Positions 27,371 to 40,766 of a DNA stretch of 64,000 nucleotides are shown here, one piece after another. This DNA is from Paragordius varius (lineage: Eukaryota > Animalia > Nematomorpha). The notes below the pieces were generated by a model. It worked only from the letters and a program-made list of their open reading frames with translations. It searched no databases and was not told where the DNA came from. The stretch covers positions 14,074,001-14,138,000 of the forward strand of contig OZ176053.1 in the NCBI GenBank assembly GCA_964247055.1. The letters run 5' to 3'. A program made the translations under genes and the position numbers. The first letter of the stretch is position 1. Every line of letters starts with the position of its first letter.

Positions 27371-27511
27371 ATACTCCGATCTCGAAAATATTTGGGGTGA
27401 TGATGGAACTACCATAGGGCTACCCAAAATAAATTATGGTGACATCACCTTTTTTAATATCGTATAAAATAAATTTTTTAAATATTTAAAAAATTCATAA
27501 AAATTACATTT
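27371..27511 (+). repeat. Internally deleted 141-bp monomer
   Basis: CACCT is joined directly to TTTTTAATATCG, so 32 nt (GATCA...CCATTTTTA) are missing. Confidence 0.9.
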
Positions 27512-28028
27512 ATACTCCGATCTCGACAATATTTGGGGTGATGATGGAACTACCATAGGGCTACCCAAAAAAAATTATGGTGACATCACCTGATCAAATT
27601 TGGATTTTAGGTAGCCATTTTTATTTTTAAAATCGTATAAAATAAATTTTTTAAATATTTAAAAAATTCATAAAAATTCCATTTATACTCCGATCTCGAA
27701 AATATTTGGGGTGATGATGGAACTACCATAGGCTACCCAAAAAAATTATGGTGACATCACCTGATCAAATTTGGATTTTAGGTAGCCATTTTTATTTTTA
27801 AAATCGTATAAAATAAATTTTTTAAATATTTAAAAAATTCATAAAAATTATATTTATACTCCGATCTCGAAAATATTTGGGGTGATGATGGAACTACCAT
27901 AGGGCTACCCAAAAAAAATTATGGTGACATCACCTGATCAAATTTGGATTTTAGGTAGCCATTTTTATTTTTAAAATCGTATAAAATAAATTTCCTAAAT
28001 ATTTAAAAAATTCATAAAAATTACATTT

Positions 28029-29758
28029 ATACTCCGATCTCGAAAATATTTGGGGTGATGATGGAACTACCATAGGGCTACCCAAAATAAATTATGGTGA
28101 CATCACCTGATCAGATTTGGATTTTAGGTAGCCATTTTTATTTTTAATATCGTATAAAATAAATTTTTTAAATATTTAAAAAATTCATAAAAATTACATT
28201 TATACTCCGATCTCGACAATATTTGGGGTGATGATGGAACTACCATAGGGCTACCCAAAAAAAATTATGGTGACATCACCTGATCAAATTTGGATTTTAG
28301 GTAGCCATTTTTATTTTTAAAATCGTATAAAATAAATTTTTTAAATATTTAAAAAATTCATAAAAATTACATTTATACTCCGATCTCGAAAATATTTGGG
28401 GTGATGATGGAACTACCATAGGGCTACCCAAAAAAAATTATGGTGACATCACCTGATCAAATTTGGATTTTAGGTAGCCATTTTTATTTTTAAAATCGTA
28501 TAAAATAAATTTTTTAAATATTTAAAAAATTCATAAAAATTATATTTATACTCCGATCTCGAAAATATTTGGGGTGATGATGGAACTACCATAGGGCTAC
28601 CCAAAAAAAATTATGGTGACATCACCTGATCAAATTTGGATTTTAGGTAGCCATTTTTATTTTTAAAATCGTATAAAATAAATTTCTTAAATATTTAAAA
28701 AATTCAAAAAAATTACATTTATACTCCGATCTCGACAATATTTGGGGTGATGATGGAACTACCATAGGGCTACGCAAAAAAAATTATGGCGACATCATTT
28801 GATCAGATTTGGATTTTAGGTAGCCATTTTTATTTTTAAAATCGTATAAAATAAATTTCTTAAATATTTAAAAAATTCATAAAAATTACATTTATACTCC
28901 GATCTCGAAAATATTTGGGGTGATGATGGAACTACCATAGGGCTACCCAAAATAAATTATGGTGACATCACCTGATCAGATTTGGATTTTAGGTAGCCAT
29001 TTTTATTTTTAATATCGTATAAAATAAATTTTTTAAATATTTAAAAAATTCATAAAAATTACATTTATACTCCGATCTCGACAATATTTGGGGTGATGAT
29101 GGAACTACCATAGGGCTACCCAAAAAAAATTATGGTGACATCACCTGATCAAATTTGGATTTTAGGTAGCCATTTTTATTTTTAAAATCGTATAAAATAA
29201 ATTTTTTAAATATTTAAAAAATTCATAAAAATTACATTTATACTCCGATCTCGAAAATATTTGGGGTGATGATGGAACTACCATAGGGCTACCCAAAAAA
29301 AATTATGGTGACATCACCTGATCAAATTTGGATTTTAGGTAGCCATTTTTATTTTTAAAATCGTATAAAATAAATTTTTTAAATATTTAAAAAATTCATA
29401 AAAATTATATTTATACTCCGATCTCGAAAATATTTGGGGTGATGATGGAACCACCATAGGGCTACCCAAAAAAAATTATGGTGACATCACCTGATCAAAT
29501 TTGGATTTTAGGTAGCCATTTTTATTTTTAAAATCGTATAAAATAAATTTCTTAAATATTTAAAAAATTCAAAAAAATTACATTTATACTCCGATCTCGA
29601 CAATATTTGGGGTGATGATGGAACTACCATAGGGCTACGCAAAAAAAATTATGGCGACATCATTTGATCAGATTTGGATTTTAGGTAGCCATTTTTATTT
29701 TTAAAATCGTATAAAATAAATTTTTTAAATATTTAAAAAATTCATAAAAATTACATTT
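28029..29758 (+). repeat. 5-mer tandem duplication (865 bp x2)
   Basis: The rare TACGC...CATCATTTGATCAG monomer occurs at 28771 and 29636. CAAAATAAATT monomers start at 28029 and 28894. Confidence 0.8.
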
Positions 29759-32700
29759 ATACTCCGATCTCGAAAATATTTGGGGTGATGATGGAACTAC
29801 CATAGGGCTACCCAAAAAAAATATGGTGACATCACCTGATCAAATTTGGATTTTAGGTAGCCATTTTTATTTTTAAAATCGTATAAAATAAATTTTTTAA
29901 ATATTTAAAAAATTCATAAAAATTATATTTATACTCCGATCTCGAAAATATTTGGGGTGATGATGGAACTACCATAGGGCTACCCAAAAAAAATTATGGT
30001 GACATCACCTGATCAAATTTGGATTTTAGGTAGCCATTTTTATTTTTAAAATCGTATAAAATAAATTTTTTAAATATTTAAAAAATTCATAAAAATTACA
30101 TTTATACTCCGATCTCGACAATATTTGGGGTGATGATGGAACTACCATAGGGCTACCCAAAAAAATTATAATGACATCACCTGATCAAATTTGGATTTTA
30201 AGTAGCCATTTTTATTTTTAATATCGTATAAAATAAATTTTTTAAATATTTAAAAAATTCATAAAATTTATACTCCGATCTCGACAATATTTGGGGTGAT
30301 GATGGAACTACCATAGGGCTACCCAAAAAAATTATAATGACATCACCTGATCAAATTTGGATTTTAGGTAGCCATTTTTATTTTTAAAATCGTATAAAAT
30401 AAATTTTTTAAATATTTAAAAAATTCATAAAAATTACATTTATACTCCGATCTCGAAAATATTTGGGGTGATGATGGAACTACCATAGGGCTACCCCAAA
30501 AAAATTATGGTGACATCACCTGATCAAATTTGGATTTTAGGTAGCCATTTTTATTTTTAAAATCGTATAAAATAAATTTTTTAAATAATTAAAAAATTCA
30601 TAAATATTACATTTATAGTCCGATCCCAAAGTATTTGGGGTGATGATGGAACTACCATAGGGCTACCCAAAAAAATTATAGTGACATCACCTGATCAAAT
30701 TCGGATTTTAGGTAGCCATTTTTATTTTTAAAATCGTCTAAAATAAATTTTTTAAATATTTAAAAAATTCATAAAAATTACATTTATACTCCGATCTCGA
30801 AAATATTTGGGGTGATGATGGAACTACCATAGGTCTACCCAAAAAAATTATAATGACATCACCTGATCAAATTTGGATTTTAGGTAGCCATTTTTATTTT
30901 TAAAATCGTATAAAATAAATTTTTTAAATATTTAAAAAATTCATAAAAATTACATTTATAGTCCGATCTCGAAAATATTTGGGGTGATGATGGAACTACC
31001 ATAGGGCTACCCAAAAAAAATTATGGCGACATCACCTGATCAAATTTGGATTTTAGGTAGCCATTTTTATTTTTAAAATCGTATAAAATAAATTTTTTAA
31101 ATATTTAAAAAATTCAAAAAAATTACATTTATACTCCGATCTCGACAATATTTGGGGTGATGATGGAATTACCTTAGGGCTACCCAAAAAAAATTATGGT
31201 GACATCACCTGATCAAATTTGGATTTTAAGTAGCCATTTTTATTTTTAATATCGTATAAAATAAATTTTTTAAATATTTAAAAAATTCATAAAAATTACA
31301 TTTATACTCCGATCTCGACAATATTTGGGGTGATGATGGAACTACCATAGGGCTACCCAAAAAAATTATAATGACATCACCTGATCAAATTTGGATTTTA
31401 AGTAGCCATTTTTATTTTTAATATCGTATAAAATAAATTTTTTAAATATTTAAAAAATTCATAAAATTTATACTCCGATCTCGACAATATTTGGGGTGAT
31501 GATGGAACTACCATAGGGCTACCCAAAAAAATTATAATGACATCACCTGATCAAATTTGGATTTTAGGTAGCCATTTTTATTTTTAAAATCGTATAAAAT
31601 AAATTTTTTAAATATTTAAAAAATTCAAAAAAATTACATTTATACTCCGATCTCGACAATATTTGGGGTGATGATGGAATTACCTTAGGGCTACCCAAAA
31701 AAAATTATGGTGACATCACCTGATCAAATTTGGATTTTAAGTAGCCATTTTTATTTTTAATATCGTATAAAATAAATTTTTTAAATATTTAAAAAATTCA
31801 TAAAAATTACATTTATACTCCGATCTCGACAATATTTGGGGTGATGATGCAACTAGGCTACCCAAAAAAATTATAATGACATCACCTGATCAAATTTGGA
31901 TTTTAGGTAGCCATTTTTATTTTTAAAATCGTATAAAATAAATTTTTTAAATATTTAAAAAATTCATAAAAATTACATTTATACTCCGATCTCGAAAATA
32001 TTTGGGGTGATGATGGAACTACCATAGGGCTACCCAAAAAAAATTATGGCGACATCACCTGATCAAATCTGGATTTTAGGTAGCCATTTTTATTTTTAAA
32101 ATCGTATAAAATAAATTTTTTAAATATTTAAAAAATTCATAAAAATTATATTTATACTCCGATCTCGAAAATATTTGGGGTGATGATGGAACTACCATAG
32201 GGCTACCCAAAAAAAATTATGGTGACATAACCTGATCAAATTTGGATTTTAGGTAGCGATTTTTATTTTTAAAATCGTATAAAATAAATTTTTTAAATAT
32301 TTAAAAAATTCAAAAAAATTACATTTATACTCCGATCTCGAAAATATTTGGGGTGATGATGGAACTATCATAGGGCTACCCAAAAAAATTATAGTGACAT
32401 CACCTGCTCAAATTTGGATTTTAGTTAGCCATTTTTATTTTTAAAATCGTATAAAATAAATTTCTTAAATATTTAAAAAATTCATAAAAATTACATTTAT
32501 ACTCCGATCTCGAAAATATTTGGGGTGATGATGGAACTATCATAGGGCTACCCAAAAAAAATTATGGTGACATCACCTGATCAAATTTGGATTTTAGGTA
32601 GCCATTTTTATTTTTAATATCGTATAAAATAAATTTTTTAAATATTTAAAAAATTCATAAAAATTACATTTATACTCCGATCTCGACAATATTTGGGGTG

Positions 32701-35700
32701 ATGATGGAACTACCATAGGGCTACCCAAAAAAATTATAATGACATCACCTGATCAAATTTGGATTTTAGGTAGCCATTTTTATTTTTAAAATCGTATAAA
32801 ATAAATTTTTTAAATATTTAAAAAATTCAAAAAAATTACATTTATACTCCGATCTCGACAATATTTGGGGTGATGATGGAATTACCTTAGGGCTACCCAA
32901 AAAAAATTATGGTGACATCACCTGATCAAATTTGGATTTTAAGTAGCCATTTTTATTTTTAATATCGTATAAAATAAATTTTTTAAATATTTAAAAAATT
33001 CATAAAAATTACATTTATACTCCGATCTCGACAATATTTGGGGTGATGATGCAACTAGGCTACCCAAAAAAATTATAATGACATCACCTGATCAAATTTG
33101 GATTTTAGGTAGCCATTTTTATTTTTAAAATCGTATAAAATAAATTTTTTAAATATTTAAAAAATTCATAAAAATTACATTAATACTCCGATCTCGAAAA
33201 TATTTGGGGTGATGATGGAACTACCATAGGGCTACCCAAAAAAATTATGGTGACATCACCTGATCAAATTTGGATTTTAGTTAGCCATTTTTATTTTTAA
33301 AATCGTATAAAATAAATTTCTTAAATATTTAAAAAATTCATAAAAATTACATTTATACTCCGATCTCGAAAATATTTGGGGTGATGATGGAACTACCATA
33401 GGGCTACCCAAAAAAAATTATGGTGACATCACCTGATCAAATTTGGATTTTAGGTAGCCATTTTTATTTTTAAAATCGTATAAAATAAATTTTTTAAATA
33501 TTTAAAAAATTCATAAATATTACATTTATAGTCCGATCCCAAAGTATTTGGGGTGATGATGGAACTACCATAGGGCTACCCAAAAAAAATTATGGTGACA
33601 TAACCTGATCAAATTTGGATTTTAGGTAGCCATTTTTATTTTTAAAATCGTATAAAATAAATTTTTTAAATATTAAAAAAATTCAAAAAAATTACATTTA
33701 TACTCCGATCTCGACAATATTTGGGGTGATGATGGAATTACCTTAGGGCTACCCAAAAAAAATTATGGTGACATCACCTGATCAAATTTGGATTTTAAGT
33801 AGCCATTTTTATTTTTAATATCGTATAAAATAAATTTTTTAAATATTTAAAAAATTCATAAAAATTACATTTATACTCCGATCTCGACAATATTTGGGGT
33901 GATGATGCAACTAGGCTACCCAAAAAAATTATAATGACATCACCTGATCAAATTTGGATTTTAGGTAGCCATTTTTATTTTTAAAATCGTATAAAATAAA
34001 TTTTTTAAATATTTAAAAAATTCATAAAAATTACATTTATACTCCGATCTCGACAATATTTGGGGTGATGATGGAACTACCATAGGGCTACCCAAAAAAA
34101 TTATAATGACATCACCTGATCAAATTTGGATTTTAGGTAGCTATTTTTATTTTTAAAATCGTATAAAATAAATTTTTTAAATATTTAAAAAATTCAAAAA
34201 AATTACATTTATACTCCGATCTCGACAATATTTGGGGTGATGATGGAATTACCTTAGGGCTACCCAAAAAAAATTATGGTGACATCACCTGATCAAATTT
34301 GGATTTTAAGTAGCCATTTTTATTTTTAATATCGTATAAAATAAATTTTTTAAATATTTAAAAAATTCATAAAAATTACATTTATACTCCGATCTCGAAA
34401 ATATTTGGGGTGATGATGGAACTACCATAGGGCTACCCAAAAAAAATTATGGTGACATAACCTGATCAAATTTGGATTTTAGGTAGCGATTTTTATTTTT
34501 AAAATCGTATAAAATAAATTTTTTAAATATTTAAAAACTTCATAAAAATTACATTTATAGTCCGATCCCCAAAATATTTGGGGTGATGATGGAACTACCA
34601 TAGGGCTACCCAAAAAAAATTATGGCGATATCACCTGATCAAATTTGGATTTTAGGTAGCCATTTTTATTTTTAAAATCGTATAAAATAAATTTTTTAAA
34701 TATTTAAAAAATTCATAAAAATTACATTTATACTCCGATCTCGACAATATTTGGGGTGATGATGGAACTACCATAGGGCTACCCAAAAAAATTATAATGA
34801 CATCACCTGATCAAATTTGGATTTTAGGTAGCTATTTTTATTTTTAAAATCGTATAAAATAAATTTTTTAAATATTTAAAAAATTCAAAAAAATTACATT
34901 TATACTCCGATCTCGACAATATTTGGGGTGATGATGGAATTACCTTAGGGCTACCCAAAAAAAATTATGGTGACATCACCTGATCAAATTTGGATTTTAA
35001 GTAGCCATTTTTATTTTTAATATCGTATAAAATAAATTTTTTAAATATTTAAAAAATTCATAAAAATTACATTTATACTCCGATCTCGAAAATATTTGGG
35101 GTGATGATGGAACTACCATAGGGCTACCCAAAAAAAATTATGGTGACATAACCTGATCAAATTTGGATTTTAGGTAGCGATTTTTATTTTTAAAATCGTA
35201 TAAAATAAATTTTTTAAATATTTAAAAACTTCATAAAAATTACATTTATAGTCCGATCCCCAAAATATTTGGGGTGATGATGGAACTACCATAGGGCTAC
35301 CCAAAAAAAATTATGGCGATATCACCTGATCAAATTTGGATTTTAGGTAGCCATTTTTATTTTTAAAATCGTATAAAATAAATTTTTTAAATATTTAAAA
35401 AATTCATAAAAATTACATTTATACTCCGATCTCGACAATATTTGGGGTGATGATGCAACTAGGCTACCCAAAAAAATTATAATGACATCACCTGATCAAT
35501 TTTGGATTTTAGGTAGCCATTTTTATTTTTAAAATCGTATAAAATAAATTTTTTAAATATTTAAAAAATTCATAAAAATTACATTTATACTCCGATCTCG
35601 AAAATATTTGGGGTGATGATGGAACTACCATAGGGCTACCCAAAAAAAATTATGGCGACATCACCTGATCAAATCTGGATTTTAGGTAGCCATTTTTATT

Positions 35701-37655
35701 TTTAAAATCGTATAAAATAAATTTTTTAAATATTTAAAAAATTCATAAAAATTATATTTATACTCCGATCTCGAAAATATTTGGGGTGATGATGGAACTA
35801 CCATAGGGCTACCCAAAAAAAATTATGGTGACATAACCTGATCAAATTTGGATTTTAGGTAGCGATTTTTATTTTTAAAATCGTATAAAATAAATTTTTT
35901 AAATATTTAAAAAATTCAAAAAAATTACATTTATACTCCGATCTCGAAAATATTTGGGGTGATGATGGAACTATCATAGGGCTACCCAAAAAAATTATAG
36001 TGACATCACCTGCTCAAATTTGGATTTTAGGTAGCCATTTTTATTTTTAATATCGTATAAAATAAATTTTTTAAATATTTAAAAAATTCATAAAAATTAC
36101 ATTTATACTCCGATCTCGAAAATATTTGGGGTGATGATGGAACTACCATAGGGCTACCCAAAAAAATTATAATGACATCACCTGATCAAATTTGGATTTT
36201 AGGTAGCCATTTTTATTTTTAAAATCGTATAAAATAAATTTTTTAAATATATAAAAAATTCATAAAAATTACATTAATACTCCGATCTCGAAAATATTTG
36301 GGGTGATGATGGAACTACCATAGGGCTACCCAAAAAAATTATGGTGACATCACCTGATCAAATTTGGATTTTAGTTAGCCATTTTTATTTTTAAAATCGT
36401 ATAAAATAAATTTCTTAAATATTTAAAAAATTCATAAAAATTACATTTATACTCCGATCTCGAAAATATTTGGGGTGATGATGGAACTACCATAGGGCTA
36501 CCCAAAAAAAATTATGGTGACATCACCTGATCAAATTTGGATTTTAGGTAGCCATTTTTATTTTTAAAATCGTATAAAATAAATTTTTTAAATATTTAAA
36601 AAATTCAAAAAAATTACATTTATACTCCGATCTCGACAATATTTGGGGTGATGATGGAATTACCTTAGGGCTACCCAAAAAAAATTATGGTGACATCACC
36701 TGATCAAATTTGGATTTTAGGTAGCCATTTTTATTTTTAAAATCGTATAAAATAAATTTTTTAAATATTTAAAAAATTCAAAAAAATTACATTTATACTC
36801 CGATCTCGACAATATTTGGGGTGATGATGGAATTACCTTAGGGCTACCCAAAAAAAATTATGGTGACATCACCTGATCAAATTTGGATTTTAAGTAGCCA
36901 TTTTTATTTTTAATATCGTATAAAATAAATTTTTTAAATATTTAAAAAATTCATAAAAATTACATTTATACTCCGATCTCGACAATATTTGGGGTGATGA
37001 TGGAACTACCATAGGGCTACCCAAAAAAATTATAATGACATCACCTGATCAAATTTGGATTTTAGGTAGCCATTTTTATTTTTAAAATCGTATAAAATAA
37101 ATTTTTTAAATATTTAAAAAATTCATAAAAATTACATTTATACTCCGATCTCGAAAATATTTGGGGTGATGATGGAACTACCATAGGGCTACCCAAAAAA
37201 AATTATGGCGACATAACCTGATCAAATCTGGATTTTAGGTAGCCATTTTTATTTTTAAAATCGTATAAAATAAATTTTTTAAATATTTAAAAAATTCATA
37301 AAAATTATATTTATACTCCGATCTCGAAAATATTTGGGGTGATGATGGAACCATAGGGCTACCCAAAAAAAATTATGGTGACAAAACCTGATCAAATTTG
37401 GATTTTAGGTAGCCATTTTTATTTTTAAAATCGTATAAAATAAATTTTTTAAATATTTAAAAAATTCAAAAAAATTACATTTATACTCCGATCTCGACAA
37501 TATTTGGGGTGATGATGGAATTACCTTAGGGCTACCCAAAAAAAATTATGGTGACATCACCTGATCAAATTTGGATTTTAAGTAGCCATTTTTATTTTTA
37601 AAATCGTATAAAATAAATTTTTTAAATATTTAAAAAATTCATAAAAATTACATTT

Positions 37656-40600
37656 ATACTCCGATCTCGAAAATATTTGGGGTGATGATGGAACTACCAT
37701 AGGGCTACCCAAAAAAAATTATGGTGACATCACCTGATCAAATTTGGATTTTAGGTAGCCATTTTTATTTTTAAAATCGTATAAAATAAATTTTTTAAAT
37801 ATTTAAAAAATTCATAAAAATTACATTTATACTCCGATCTCGAAAATATTTGGGGTGATGATGGAACTACCATAGGGCTACCCAAAAAAATTATGGTGAC
37901 ATCACCTGATCAAATTTGGATTTTAGGTAGCCATTTTTATTTTTAAAATCGTATAAAATAAATTTTTTAAATATTTAAAAAATTCAAAAAAATTACATTT
38001 ATACTCCGATCTCGACAATATTTGGGGTGATGATGGAACTACCATAGGGCTACCCAAAAAAAATTATGGTGACATCACCTGCTCAAATTTGGATTTTAGG
38101 TAGCCATTTTTATTTTTAAAATCGTATAAAATAAATTTTTTAAATATTTAAAAAATTCATAAAAATTACATTTATACTCCGATCTCGAAAATATTTGGGG
38201 TGATGATGGAACTACCATAGGGCTACCCAAAAAAAATTATGGCGACATAACCTGATCAAATTTGGATTTTAGGTAGCCATTTTTATTTTTAAAATCGTAT
38301 AAAATAAATTTTTTAAATATTTAAAAAATTCAAAAAAATTACATTTATACTCCGATCTCGAAAATATTTGGGGTGATGATGGAACTACCATAGGGCTACC
38401 CAAAAAAAATTATGGTGACATAACCTGATCAAATTTGGATTTTAGGTAGCCATTTTTATTTTTAAAATCGTATAAAATAAATTTTTTAAATATTTTAAAA
38501 ATTCAAAAAAATTACATTTATACTCCGATCTCGACAATATTTGGGGTGATGATGGAATTACCTTAGGGCTACCCAAAAAAAATTATGGTGACATCACCTG
38601 ATCAAATTTGGATTTTAGGTAGCCATTTTTATTTTTAAAATCGTATAAAATAAATTTTTTAAATATTTAAAAAATTCATAAAAATTACATTTATACTCTG
38701 ATCTCGAAAATATTTGGGGTGATGATGGAACTACCATAGGGCTACCCAAAAAAAATTATGGTGACATCACCTGATCAAATTTGGATTTTAGGTAGCCATT
38801 TTTATTTTTAAAATCGTATAAAATAAATTTTTTAAATATTTAAAAAATTCATAAAAATTACATTTATACTCCGATCTCGAAAATATTTGGGGTGATGATG
38901 GAACTACCATAGGGCTACCCAAAAAAATTATGGTGACATCACCTGATCAAATTTGGATTTTAGGTAGCCATTTTTATTTTTAAAATCGTATAAAATAAAT
39001 TTTTTAAATATTTAAAAAATTCAAAAAAATTACATTTATACTCCGATCTCGACAATATTTGGGGTGATGATGGAACTACCATAGGGCTACCCAAAAAAAA
39101 TTATGGTGACATCACCTGCTCAAATTTGGATTTTAGGTAGCCATTTTTATTTTTAAAATCGTATAAAATAAATTTTTTAAATATTTAAAAAATTCATAAA
39201 AATTACATTTATACTCCGATCTCGAAAATATTTGGGGTGATGATGGAACTACCATAGGGCTACCCAAAAAAAATTATGGCGACATAACCTGATCAAATTT
39301 GGATTTTAGGTAGCCATTTTTATTTTTAAAATCGTATAAAATAAATTTTTTAAATATTTAAAAAATTCATAAAAATTATATTTATACTCCGATCTCGAAA
39401 ATATTTGGGGTGATGATGGAACTACCATAGGGCTACCCAAAATAAATTATGGCGACATCACCTGATCAAATCTGGATTTTAGGTAGCCATTTTTATTTTT
39501 GAATTCGTATAAAATAAATTTTTTAAATATTTAAAAAATTCATAAAAATTATATTTTTACTCCGATCTCGAAAATATTTGGGGTGATGATGGAACTACCA
39601 TAGGGCTACCCAAAAAAAATTATGGTGACATAACCTGATCAAATTTGGATTTTAGGTAGCCATTTTTATTTTTAAAATCGTATAAAATAAATTTTTTAAA
39701 TATTTTAAAAATTCAAAAAATTAACATTTATACTCCGATCTCGACAATATTTGGGGTGATGATGGAATTACCTTAGGGCTACCCAAAAAAAATTATGGTG
39801 ACATCACCTGATCAAATTTGGATTTTAGGTAGCCATTTTTATTTTTAAAATCGTATAAAATAAATTTTTTAAATATTTAAAAAATTCATAAAAATTACAT
39901 TTATACTCCGATCTCGAAAATATTTGGGGTGATGATGGAACTACCATAGGGCTACCCAAAAAAAATTATGGTCACATCACCTGATCAAATTTGGATTTTA
40001 GGTAGCCATTTTTATTTTTAAAATCGTATAAAATAAATTTTTTAAATATTTAAAAAATTCATAAAAATTACATTTATACTCCGATCTCGAAAATATTTGG
40101 GGTGATGATGGAACTACCATAGGGCTACCCAAAAAAATTATGGTGACATCACCTGATCAAATTTGGATTTTAGGTAGCCATTTTTATTTTTAAAATCGTA
40201 TAAAATAAATTTTTTAAATATTTAAAAAATTCAAAAAAATTACATTTATACTCCGATCTCGACAATATTTGGGGTGATGATGGAACTACCATAGGGCTAC
40301 CCAAAAAAAATTATGGTGACATCACCTGCTCAAATTTGGATTTTAGGTAGCCATTTTTATTTTTAAAATCGTATAAAATAAATTTTTTAAATATTTAAAA
40401 AATTCATAAAAATTACATTTATACTCCGATCTCGAAAATATTTGGGGTGATGATGGAACTACCATAGGGCTACCCAATAAAAATTATGGCGACATAACCT
40501 GATCAAATTTGGATTTTAGGTAGCCATTTTTATTTTTAAAATCGTATAAAATAAATTTTTTAAATATTTAAAAAATTCATAAAAATTATATTTATACTCC

Positions 40601-40766
40601 GATCTCGAAAATATTTGGGGTGATGATGGAACTACCATAGGGCTACCCAAAAAAAATTATGGCGACATCACCTGATCAAATCTGGATTTTAGGTAGCCAT
40701 TTTTATTTTTAAATTCGTATAAAATAAATTTTTTAAATATTTAAAAAATTCATAAAAATTATATTT
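37656..40766 (+). repeat. 6-/7-mer HOR-like duplications
   Basis: The CCTGCTCAAA marker falls at ~38081, 39118 and 40328 (offsets 1037 and 1210), with the same neighbouring monomer order. Confidence 0.7.
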
